Source: Myxococcaceae bacterium (GTDB lineage: Bacteria > Myxococcota > Myxococcia > Myxococcales > Myxococcaceae). Taken from it: a DNA stretch of 30,752 nt. The notes below the pieces were generated by a model, which saw only the letters and a program-made list of their open reading frames with translations, was not told the DNA's origin and ran no database searches. The first letter of the stretch is position 1, and the number at the start of each line of letters is the position of its first letter. Positions 17,916-26,102 of this stretch are shown piece by piece. Location of the stretch: the NCBI GenBank assembly GCA_035646995.1, contig DASROG010000569.1:1-30752 (forward strand). Reading direction: 5' to 3'. Made by a program: the position numbers and the translations under genes.

Positions 17916-18860
17916 ATGTGGAACCATCCTCGAGTCCGGCGCTCCCTCGGACCCGCCCTGGTGCTGGTGCTCGGCGCGGCGTGCGCTCACGGGACCGGGC
18001 CATCGGGCGCCAGGACCGTCGAGCAGGTGGACGTGGTCCCCGACTTCCTCTCCGCCTGGCAGGAGGTGCGAAACGCGCCCCGCGGCGAGCAGGTGGCCCT
18101 CACCCGGCAGACGCTCCTCGCCCGCCACCCCGAGCTCTTTGGCCCGGAGGTGTTCGGCCCCGGCGCGGCCGTCGACCGGGACCTCGAGCGTCTCCTGGTG
18201 GAGATGCCCCGCCTCGAGCCGAAGCTCCGCGCCCTCTCCGAGCGGATGCCGGGCGAGGTCGAGCGCAGCACGCGCCGCTTCCTGGACCAGTTCCCCGAGG
18301 TGGCCTGGTCGGGGCCGGTCGCGCTGAGCCTCTCCTTCAGCCAGTTCGAGGCGGTGTGGCGGACGGTGCGCGGGCGACGAACGCTCGTCCTCGGTCTGGA
18401 CGCGATCGCCTACTACCGGGGCCCGTACGCGCCGGTGGAGCCGGTGGTCCATCACGCCCTGTCCGCATCCCTGCTCCCCGCGTGGAAGGGTCCGGGACCC
18501 GTGCCGCTCTGGTGGGTGCTCTGGGAGGAAGCCTTTCCGCTGGCCGCGGTCCGCACGCTGGATCCGGAAGCGACCGACGCCGACCTCCGGCTCTCGAACG
18601 AGGGAAGGGACCCGGCTGCGCTGGCCGCGCTCGCCCGGCGGGTGCGCGGGGCGCTCGACTCGACGAAGGACTCCGACCGCCGTCAGCTCACCGGAGGAAT
18701 CGGCGCGGCAGCCGCGACCACCGGCCGCTGGCTGGCGCTCCGCGTGGGGCAGCACGTCCTGGCCGGCCGGACCCTGCACGACGCCGCACGGCTGACGGGG
18801 CCGCAGCTCCGGAGCGCCGTGGAGGGGGCGCTGGTCGCGGTGGAGCGGCCGGGGAGTTGA
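17916..18860 (+). CDS. Lipoprotein resembling putative Zn-dependent proteases (DUF2268-like) but lacking HExxH
   Basis: Lipobox LGAAC (Cys23). The pattern RFLDQFP...LVLGLDAI...HHALSA...LWEE parallels that family's RF...FP / GVD / HELFH / LWxEG layout. Confidence 0.65.
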   Translation: MWNHPRVRRSLGPALVLVLGAACAHGTGPSGARTVEQVDVVPDFLSAWQEVRNAPRGEQVALTRQTLLARHPELFGPEVFGPGAAVDRDLERLLVEMPRLEPKLRALSERMPGEVERSTRRFLDQFPEVAWSGPVALSLSFSQFEAVWRTVRGRRTLVLGLDAIAYYRGPYAPVEPVVHHALSASLLPAWKGPGPVPLWWVLWEEAFPLAAVRTLDPEATDADLRLSNEGRDPAALAALARRVRGALDSTKDSDRRQLTGGIGAAAATTGRWLALRVGQHVLAGRTLHDAARLTGPQLRSAVEGALVAVERPGS

Positions 18861-18966
18861 CCGCCCGGCCGGAGTGCGGCGCGTTCGGGGCTTCACGGCA
18901 GGTCGCGCACCGGCGGCTGCAAGGCGAGAGCGGCGGCCGCTCGAGATCGGCTGAGCTGGAGCTTCC

Positions 18967-19838
18967 ATGCTCCTCGTCCTGCTCGCGCTGCTCACCGTCA
19001 CGGATGGGGGGCCCTCCGAGCTGGAGGAGTTCAAGGCGCGGGTCAACCGACCGGTGGCCGTCACCGTGCCGGGGACGGACAGGGTGCAGGTCCTCTCCGA
19101 CCGGCCCTATGGCCCGGGCGACAAGGCGCACCGCTTCGACGCCTACCTTCCCGAGCGCCGCACGGGGAAGGCCCCGGTGGTGCTGCTGGTGCACGCGGGG
19201 TGGGCGCCGACGTGCCGTTCCGCCCGAAGGACTGGGGTCTGTACCGCTCCTGGGGGCGGCTGCTCGCGGCCTCTGGCTACCTGGCCATCGCCTTCAACCA
19301 CCGTCTCGGCTTCCCGGAACCGATGCTGGCCGAGGCCGATCAGGACCTCCTCTCGATGCTGCAGACGGTCCGGGCGCAGTCCGGATCGCTCGGAGCAGAT
19401 CCATCGCGGATCGCGCTCGTCGCCTTCAGCGCGGGAGGTCCGCTGCTCTCGCGACCGCTGAGGGAGGAGCTGCCCGGCGTCCGGGCGCTCGCGGGTTTCT
19501 ATCCCTTCCTGGATCTGAGGCTGAGCCCGCTTCACCAGAGGTTTCTGAAGCCCGACGCCGTCACGGCGTTCTCGCCCGCGGCGCAGCTTCGCACGCCGGT
19601 GGCGCGACGGATGCCGTTCTTCCTGGCCCGCGCCGGCAAGGACGCCATTCCCGACATCCTTCCCGGCATCGACGCCTTCGTTGCCGAGTCGCTCGCCGCC
19701 GGGACACCACTCAGCCTCTTCAACCATCCCGAGGCGCCGCACGGCTTCGACCACGAAGCGGGGCCGCGCACCCGGGAGGTGCGCCTCGCGTTCCTGGCCT
19801 TCCTCCAGACCCACCTCGTGGAACGCCCTCCCTCCTGA
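18967..19838 (+). pseudogene. Exported alpha/beta hydrolase (esterase/lipase-like) split by a 1-nt frameshift
   Basis: The N-half (18967 frame) ends at PVVLLVH and the C-half (19200 frame) continues ADVPFRPKDWG...AFSAGG...KD...HGFD. Adding one G at 19195-19196 restores HGG and a single 290-aa ORF. This is either a real lesion or a sequencing error. Confidence 0.8.
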
Positions 19839-20086
19839 GCCTCGCCTCCGCGCGCCGGGCGGCTGCCCGTTCCCGGCCGGCGAGCTCGGGAACGCGGGCT
19901 CGCGGTGCCAGTCGCCGCCGGCAGCCCCCGGGCGAAGCCGTGGGAAGGACGCCCGAGACCCGGGAGCGCGCGCCGGGTCGCGGGGCACGACGACCGGCTT
20001 GGCGCGCTCGCGACCCCCGTGTTAACGCCCCAGCCCCCCGAAGGAGACTGCAGAGGTTCGAGGAAGACGCCGTGGGCAACGCCGGG

Positions 20087-21010
20087 ATGTCACTCTTGCG
20101 CTTCACCTTTCTCGGCACGTCGGCCGCCCAGCCGACGATCCACCGGAACCTTTCCGGCCTGGCGGTGAAGGCGGACTCGGACCTCCTGCTCTTCGACTGC
20201 GGGGAGGGAAGCCAGCGGCAGATGATCCGCTATGGCACCGGGTTCGCGGTGGACGCGGTCTTCTTCACTCACTTCCACGCCGACCACTACCTGGGAATCA
20301 TCGGCTTCCTGCGTACGCTGGGGATGATGGGGCGGGAGCAGAAGCTGGTGCTGCACGGGCCAGTCCCCGCGAAGCGGCTGCTCAACCAAGCAGTGCACCT
20401 GGGCGTGGACCAGCTCGGGTTCCCGCTGGAGATCGTGGAACTGAAGGACGGCGACCGGATCCAGCGCCATGGGTACTCGGTGCGCGCCATCGGGGTGCAG
20501 CACCGGATCAACGCCCTCGGCTACGTCCTGGAGGAGGATGTGCGCGCCGGCCGCTTCAACCTCGAACGAGCACGGGCGCTGGGCGTCCGCGAGGGGCCCG
20601 ACTTCGGGCGCCTGCAGCGGGGAGAGTCGGTGGTCGCCCTCGACGGGAAGACGGTGAACCCTTCCGACGTGATGGGCGCCGCCCGGCCCGGCCGGAAGCT
20701 GGTGCTCTCCGGCGACACCCGGCCCTGCGAGGCCGTGGCCGAGGCAGCCCGGGGCGCCGACATCCTCATCCACGAATCGACCTTCTCCGACGACGACCAG
20801 GCCCGGGCGCTGGAGACGCGGCACTCGACGGCGCGCGAGGCCGGACGCATCGCGCAGCAGGCCGGGGCTCACCGGCTCATCCTCACCCACCTGAGTTCGC
20901 GCTACGACACCGACTTCGGGCGGCTGCTCGCGCAGGCGCGCGAGGAGTTCCAGGGGCCGATCGACGTCGCCCACGACGGGCTCACCGTCGACATTCCGGT
21001 GCGCGAGTAG
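20087..21010 (+). CDS. rnz: Ribonuclease Z (tRNase Z)
   Basis: FLGTSAAQPT, FDCGEG, THFHADH, exosite GVREGP, SGDT, HEST and LTHLSSRY. ATG at 20087 lies inside the over-extended ORF 17714..21010. Confidence 0.95.
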   Translation: MSLLRFTFLGTSAAQPTIHRNLSGLAVKADSDLLLFDCGEGSQRQMIRYGTGFAVDAVFFTHFHADHYLGIIGFLRTLGMMGREQKLVLHGPVPAKRLLNQAVHLGVDQLGFPLEIVELKDGDRIQRHGYSVRAIGVQHRINALGYVLEEDVRAGRFNLERARALGVREGPDFGRLQRGESVVALDGKTVNPSDVMGAARPGRKLVLSGDTRPCEAVAEAARGADILIHESTFSDDDQARALETRHSTAREAGRIAQQAGAHRLILTHLSSRYDTDFGRLLAQAREEFQGPIDVAHDGLTVDIPVRE

Positions 21011-21182
21011 CACCACTTTCGCCCAGGCGGGCACCTGACCAGCCTCGCCTGCGCATCCGGGACGTTCGGGACGTCGATGCGGCGGGATCGCCTCGTTCCG
21101 GGGGCGTCGCGCCACCTCCGACTCCATCGTCGTTGTTCTGAGTGGATCCTCGGATCCGAGTGGTGCTTCCGGGGGGTGGAAC

Positions 21183-21315
21183 CCGCACGAGGTGTCCCGC
21201 ACGAGGTGTCAGACAACTCGTTACCGCCTCGTCTACACAACTTGTTCACTTCCTGCCGCACGACCCGCAGGAAATGCCAGACACCTCGTTACCGGGCACC
21301 AGACGCTCGTGACCG
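21183..21315. repeat. Cluster of degenerate palindromic direct repeats, including copy 2 of the 12768 element
   Basis: CCGCACGAGGTGTC occurs twice in tandem (21183-21210). 30-mers at 21197-21226 and 21265-21294 are 25/30 identical, with a degenerate partial copy at 21300-21315. The reverse complement of 21238-21290 shares both end boxes with 12768-12819. Confidence 0.7.
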
Positions 21316-21670
21316 CCCCCGCGTGACGCTCGGGCGCGGTTTCGACGACGCATCGCGCCGGCCGGCGACTCCACACATCCAGCCCGGACCTGCGCCGGGA
21401 GCGGGCCGGCAACCCTCCCGCTGCAGCCCGGGCGCAGACCGCTGCACGACACCCGGCGCATGACGGCCGACACCTGATCCACAGTTCCTTCCAGATCCCT
21501 GTGCGCGTGGCGCCGCAGGCAACAGCGACGGAGCGAAAGGAGGTGCCGGCGCTACTGCCTGCACCCGCAAGCCCGCACACCGACAGGACGGCAATCGTGG
21601 CAGCCCTGATGCACTGCCCCTCTGCGGTTCCGCCCGGAACTCTCCGTGGCGGCAATTCGGAGGTATTGCC

Positions 21671-22066
21671 ATGCGTCGAGCCATCCTGGGTGTCTTCCTT
21701 CTTCTCGCCGCGTGTGGCGGCGATGTCCGCAGCTCGGACGGTGCGGTCAACCGTGCTCCCGGGGCCATCGACGAGCGAGCGGCCCGGGCCCGGTACCTCC
21801 TGACCTCCGCCGCGCAGGAGGTGGTCGCCTCCTTCGCCCGCTCCTACGACCAGTCCGCCCTGGACACCTGCCTGAACGCCTGGGTCGAGGAGGGGGACGC
21901 CACGATCCAGGGCGCGCCGGTGGCCAAGCCCCAGTCGGTCTTCCTCCGGCTGTTCCTCTCCCAGTGCCTCGCCGGCTCGGTGCCGGGGGACGTCCGTTCC
22001 GACGCGGCTCAGGGCCTCCGGAGCGCTTACCCCGCCGACGCCCGCATGCTCGGCATCGACCGGTAA
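21671..22066 (+). CDS. Hypothetical lipoprotein (131 aa)
   Basis: RBS GGAGG, MRR + hydrophobic stretch + lipobox LAAC, a predicted helical body and two additional Cys. Confidence 0.75.
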   Translation: MRRAILGVFLLLAACGGDVRSSDGAVNRAPGAIDERAARARYLLTSAAQEVVASFARSYDQSALDTCLNAWVEEGDATIQGAPVAKPQSVFLRLFLSQCLAGSVPGDVRSDAAQGLRSAYPADARMLGIDR

Positions 22067-22111
22067 TTCCCTGCTCCTCTCCAGCTCCCGGTAGCATCGA
22101 GGGCCGCATCC

Positions 22112-24406
22112 ATGGCGGCCCTTCGCGTCTCATGGCCCTGGGCTCTGGCCCTGGCGACGGCGTCCACGGTGGTCGCGCTGATCGCCGGTCGGTTTCCGGG
22201 ACTGCGCAACGCCGAGGACGCCGCCTACGACCTGCGCCTCACCACCTTCACCTCCCCGCCTGCCCGCGAGAAGGACATCGTCATCCTCGGCGTCGATGAC
22301 GCCACGGTGCAGGGGCTCCGGGCCAACGAGAGCTATGCGCGCGCCTGGGGCAACTGGCCCTACGCCCGCTCGCTCTGGGCGCGCGTGTTGACCCACCTCG
22401 AGGCGATGGGGGCCCGCGCGGTGGTGCTCGATTTCACCATGGACGAGCAGAGCACCGATCGCGGACAGGACGCGCTCCTGCGCGAGGCCATCGCCCAGCT
22501 CCACATCCCGGTCGCGCTCGGCTACGCGGTGAACGTTCCCTCGCAGAACGGCGAGCCGTTGCCGGCGGTGACTCCCCGGAACTGGACGGTGGAGCACCGA
22601 GCGCCCCGCGACCGCCTGAAGCCGGAGGACCCGTTCGCCCCGCCGGAGGGGACGGAGGCGCCGCCCACGCCGGAGCTGGTGGCGAGCGTTCTGGCCTTCC
22701 CGGTCCAGTCCGGGCGCCCGCTCCCCGACCTCGCGGTGGACCTGCCGGGTGCGCCGCGGACCATGCGCCACCCCGTGCCGCCGGTCGGTCCGCTGCTCGA
22801 CGTGGTGCCCGCGCTCGGGCTCGTCTACCCGGAGCCGGATCCGGACGGGAAGCTCCGCCGCACCCGATTCGCCTACAGCGATGGGAACGACCGGTACGTG
22901 ACGCTCTCGGTCGCCCTCGCCGCGGATCTGCTCGGGGCCGAGGCGCTGGTGCTCTCCCCGGGAAGGCTGCAGCTCGGGCCGCGCACCCTCGCCATCGACG
23001 CGGACGGCAGCGCGGCGCTCGACTACGCCGGAACGCTCGGACAGCGGTTCGATGCCCGGAGCCTCCTCGCGGTGGTCGACGACTCGGTCCGCCGCGAGCG
23101 GGGCGAGCCGCCGCATCTCGGTCCAGATTTCTTCCGCGGGAAGGTGGTGCTCATCGCCGGCTTCGCGGTGGGCACCTTCGACATGAAGGCCACGCCGTTC
23201 GACAGCGCGACCGTGGGAGTGGTCAAGCCCGCCACCGAGCTGGCCGCGCTCCTCGGCGGCCGCTTCATCACCCGGGCACCTTTCGCGGTGACCGCGGCGC
23301 TGGCCTTCCTCTTCGCCTTCGGCTCGGCGCTGCTCATCCTCGCCACCCGGAACGTCTGGGTGGAGGGGCTGTGGCCGCTGGCCGCGCCGGTGCTGCTCCT
23401 CCTCGGCACGGGGTGGCTCCTGGTCTCGTCCAAGCTCCACGTGGCCCTGGTGGTCCCGGTGCTCGCGGCGTCCATCACCAGCCTCGCCGCGGTGGCCGTG
23501 AACCACCTCTACGCCGACCGCGAGCGGGCCCGGGTCAAGGCGATGTTCAGCCGCTACCTCTCACCCCAGGTGGTGGATCAGCTGGTCGCTCAGCCCGAGC
23601 TGCCGCGGCTGGCCGGTGAGCAGATCGAGGTCACCGCGTTCTTCTCCGACATCAAGGGCTTCAGCACCTTCAGCGAGCGCTTCGCCCACGACCCCCAGGG
23701 GCTGGTCCGGGTGCTCAACACCTACCTCACCCGGGTGAGCGGAGTGCTGCTGCAGCACGGGGCTTGCCTCGACAAGTACATCGGTGACGCGGTGGTGTGC
23801 ATCTTCGGCGCACCGCTGCGGATGGAGGACCACGCTCGCCGGGCCTGCGCCGCCGCGCTCGACGTCCAGGCCGAGGTGGAGCGCATCCGGTCCGACTTCA
23901 CGGCCCAGGGCCTCCCGGACGTCTACACCCGCGTCGGGCTCAACACCGCGGTGATGTTCGTCGGCAACTTCGGCAGCGAGCAGCTCTTCAACTACACGGC
24001 CATGGGCGACGGGATGAACCTGGCCTCGCGGCTCGAGGGCGCGAACAAGCCGTACGGCTCGCGGATCCTCATTGGACCGCGGACCCAGGCGCTGGTGTCG
24101 GATGCGTTCGAGACCCGCGAGCTGGACCGGGTCCGGGTGGCGGGGAAGCACGAGGCAGTGGCCATCCACGAGCTGCTCGGCCGGAAGGGCGATCTCTCTG
24201 CGGCGAAGCAGGAGGTCTGCGCGCTCTATGCCGAGGGCCTCGCGCTCTGGCGCGCGGCCCGCTTCTCCGAGGCGCGCGCGGTGTTCGCCCGTGCGGTCGC
24301 GCTGGACCCGGAAGACGCGCCTTCCCGTGCGCTGCTGGCGCGGTGCGACAGGCACCTGGCCTCGCCCCCACCCGCTTTCGATGGAGTCGTCGACCTGGAC
24401 AAGTAG
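22112..24406 (+). CDS. CHASE2-domain class III adenylate cyclase with C-terminal TPR-like region
   Basis: N-terminal TM segment, CHASE2 motifs (DIVILGVDD, GNWPYARSLWA, AVVLDF, PDPDGKLRR, KVVLIA) and 3 TM helices. Cyclase motifs are FSDIKGFS, DKYIGDA and NYTAMGDGMNLASRLEG; the Lys and Thr indicate ATP specificity. The tail is YAEGLALW...DGVVDLDK. Confidence 0.92.
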   Translation: MAALRVSWPWALALATASTVVALIAGRFPGLRNAEDAAYDLRLTTFTSPPAREKDIVILGVDDATVQGLRANESYARAWGNWPYARSLWARVLTHLEAMGARAVVLDFTMDEQSTDRGQDALLREAIAQLHIPVALGYAVNVPSQNGEPLPAVTPRNWTVEHRAPRDRLKPEDPFAPPEGTEAPPTPELVASVLAFPVQSGRPLPDLAVDLPGAPRTMRHPVPPVGPLLDVVPALGLVYPEPDPDGKLRRTRFAYSDGNDRYVTLSVALAADLLGAEALVLSPGRLQLGPRTLAIDADGSAALDYAGTLGQRFDARSLLAVVDDSVRRERGEPPHLGPDFFRGKVVLIAGFAVGTFDMKATPFDSATVGVVKPATELAALLGGRFITRAPFAVTAALAFLFAFGSALLILATRNVWVEGLWPLAAPVLLLLGTGWLLVSSKLHVALVVPVLAASITSLAAVAVNHLYADRERARVKAMFSRYLSPQVVDQLVAQPELPRLAGEQIEVTAFFSDIKGFSTFSERFAHDPQGLVRVLNTYLTRVSGVLLQHGACLDKYIGDAVVCIFGAPLRMEDHARRACAAALDVQAEVERIRSDFTAQGLPDVYTRVGLNTAVMFVGNFGSEQLFNYTAMGDGMNLASRLEGANKPYGSRILIGPRTQALVSDAFETRELDRVRVAGKHEAVAIHELLGRKGDLSAAKQEVCALYAEGLALWRAARFSEARAVFARAVALDPEDAPSRALLARCDRHLASPPPAFDGVVDLDK

Positions 24407-24438
24407 ACTCTCTGGCCGCCTTCCTGGAGGGTTTTCCG

Positions 24439-24963
24439 ATGCGACAGTCAGCAGGGGTGCTGGTGCTCGTCCTGGCGGCGGGCGCGGCGTGGGCGCTCGC
24501 CCCGGGAGACCGGGTCTACGTGCGCGGCCGCGACGTGGCCGTCCTCCAGAGCGCCGCGGCCAGCGCGGCGACGCTGGTCAAGCTCCAGCCCGGTGACGCG
24601 GTGGTCTGGCGCGGCGCAGACAAGAAGAAGCCGACCTGGCACCACGTGGAGACGGCCGGGAAGAGCGGCTTCGTCTACTTCGCCAACCTGTCCACCACTC
24701 CGCCGGCGTCCGAGCTGCTCACCTCCCCGACCGGCGCGAAGACGGTCGACGCACAGGCCTTCGCCAGCTCCGGCGCCGCCGGGAAGGCGCTCACCGAGGG
24801 CGCGATCCGCTACGGCAACCAGGACGAGAAGAACAAGGGCGCGCTGCATCCGACGATGAAGGAGGCGGTTCGCCAGACCCAGACGCTGGAGGCCATCGCC
24901 GCCCAGCGCACCGATGCCGAGCTCGCCGCCCAGGTGGCCCGGGTCACCGGAGAGCCGCAGTGA
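24439..24963 (+). CDS. Secreted bacterial SH3-domain protein with helical C-terminal tail
   Basis: RBS GGAGG and a signal peptide (AWA-L). SH3b-like segment VYVRGRDVAVLQS...LQPGDAV...WHHVETAGKSGFVYFANLS. True start 24439 lies inside ORF-track entry 23797..24963. Confidence 0.8.
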   Translation: MRQSAGVLVLVLAAGAAWALAPGDRVYVRGRDVAVLQSAAASAATLVKLQPGDAVVWRGADKKKPTWHHVETAGKSGFVYFANLSTTPPASELLTSPTGAKTVDAQAFASSGAAGKALTEGAIRYGNQDEKNKGALHPTMKEAVRQTQTLEAIAAQRTDAELAAQVARVTGEPQ

Positions 24964-26042
24964 GGCGCGCGCTCCTCTCCCTGGCGATGCTGGGCCTCCT
25001 GGCCTGTGCCGCCGCCTCGGGCTTGATGAAGGGCGACACCAGCTCGATCGTCGGTGGAGTCGCCGAGTCGACCGGCACGGTGGTGGGCCTCACGCAGGAC
25101 CTCTCCAAGTGCGATCAGATCGGCGCGGCCGAGATCACCTTCGACGAGGAGCGGGCCATCGGCGGCGCGGTGGCACTCAACTGGGTGCAGCAGGGCGGCG
25201 GCCTGCTGGTGGACGTTCCCACCGGCGACGCGGCTGCGCTGGCAAGTCCCAGGACGCTCGGGATCCAGGACACGCCCCGAAACCGCCTCCACAAGTACCT
25301 GAACGTGGTGGGGAGGAACCTGGCCTCTCGCTCGACCCGGCCCACGCTGCAGTGGACCTTCGGAGTGCTGGACTCGGAGGTGGTGAACGCGGTCTCGGCG
25401 CCCGGCGGGTACGTCTTCGTGACCCGCGGGCTCCTCAAGCGGGTGAGCAACGAAGCGGCGCTGGCCGGCGTCCTCTCCCACGAGATCGCCCACGTCACCC
25501 GGAAGGACGCCTTCGCCATCTACCAGAAGACCAAGGTGGACCAGTGCAAGAGCCTCGCCTACGCCAAGGCCGGCCAGAAGGAGGGCTCGGCGGTGCTCCG
25601 CTCCTACTCGCCGGGATTCATCAACCAGGCCTACGCCGCCCTCCAGGCGTTCAGCGGCGGTGCGCTGGATCTCAACGCCGCGGCGAACAACGCGTTGCTC
25701 ACCCTGTTCAGCGACGAGTTCGTCCACCGCTATCTCGAGGGCGGCTACGCCCGCGACCAGGAGATCCAGGCGGACGCCACCGGTCTCGAGCTCACCGTGG
25801 CCACGGGGTACAGCCCGCGCGGGTTCGTGGACTTCATCGGTGCGCTGCCCCCGGGACAGAACTTCTTCGCGCACCACCCCGCGCCGAGCGACCGCGTGGC
25901 CTCGATGAAGCTGCTGCTGGGGAAGACGCGTGTCGCGACCGTGAGCTCCAGCGCGCCGGGCTCACCCTTCTCGCCGTTCAGCCAGGACGTGTCGCAGCTG
26001 CCGCTGCTCCCGCTGCGCGACGAGCTCGCCGCAGCGCGCTGA
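24960..26042 (+). CDS. M48 family metallopeptidase, lipoprotein
   Basis: GTGA overlap with the SH3 gene and lipobox LLAC. Motifs VNAVSAPGGYVFVTRGL, HEIAH (25479-25493), QEIQAD and HPAPSDR. Confidence 0.9.
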   Translation: MRRALLSLAMLGLLACAAASGLMKGDTSSIVGGVAESTGTVVGLTQDLSKCDQIGAAEITFDEERAIGGAVALNWVQQGGGLLVDVPTGDAAALASPRTLGIQDTPRNRLHKYLNVVGRNLASRSTRPTLQWTFGVLDSEVVNAVSAPGGYVFVTRGLLKRVSNEAALAGVLSHEIAHVTRKDAFAIYQKTKVDQCKSLAYAKAGQKEGSAVLRSYSPGFINQAYAALQAFSGGALDLNAAANNALLTLFSDEFVHRYLEGGYARDQEIQADATGLELTVATGYSPRGFVDFIGALPPGQNFFAHHPAPSDRVASMKLLLGKTRVATVSSSAPGSPFSPFSQDVSQLPLLPLRDELAAAR

Positions 26043-26102
26043 CCGAAATCCTCCCGACCGCGACGATCAAGAACCGCGGGGGCGAGACCCTTCCCTGAGG
26101 GC

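Noticed and set aside
19999-20028. Sigma70 promoter for rnz (TTGGCG ... TTAACG)
   Set aside because: The -10 lacks the conserved final T, so it is too weak to call without TSS data.
17714-20086. Apparent 790-aa N-terminal extension or fusion on RNase Z
   Set aside because: The sequence is Arg/Pro/Gly/Ala-rich and overlaps two better-supported genes in other frames; RNase Z homology begins at ATG 20087.
21233-21249. Myxococcus-type LexA box (CTACAC-aactt-GTTCAC versus CTRHAM-N4-GTTCAG)
   Set aside because: The half-sites fit, but the spacer is 5 nt instead of 4, one position mismatches, and there is no SOS-type gene downstream.
21197-21315. CRISPR array
   Set aside because: Only two near-full copies (5 mismatches in 30) plus fragments, the 'spacer' itself contains repeat sequence, and there are no cas genes in the window. 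Kept as a repeat cluster only.
21535-21545. Strong SD-like AAAGGAGGTG implying a small hidden gene
   Set aside because: There is no start codon at normal spacing, and the ORFs crossing it (21501..21803, 21233..21655) are not protein-like.
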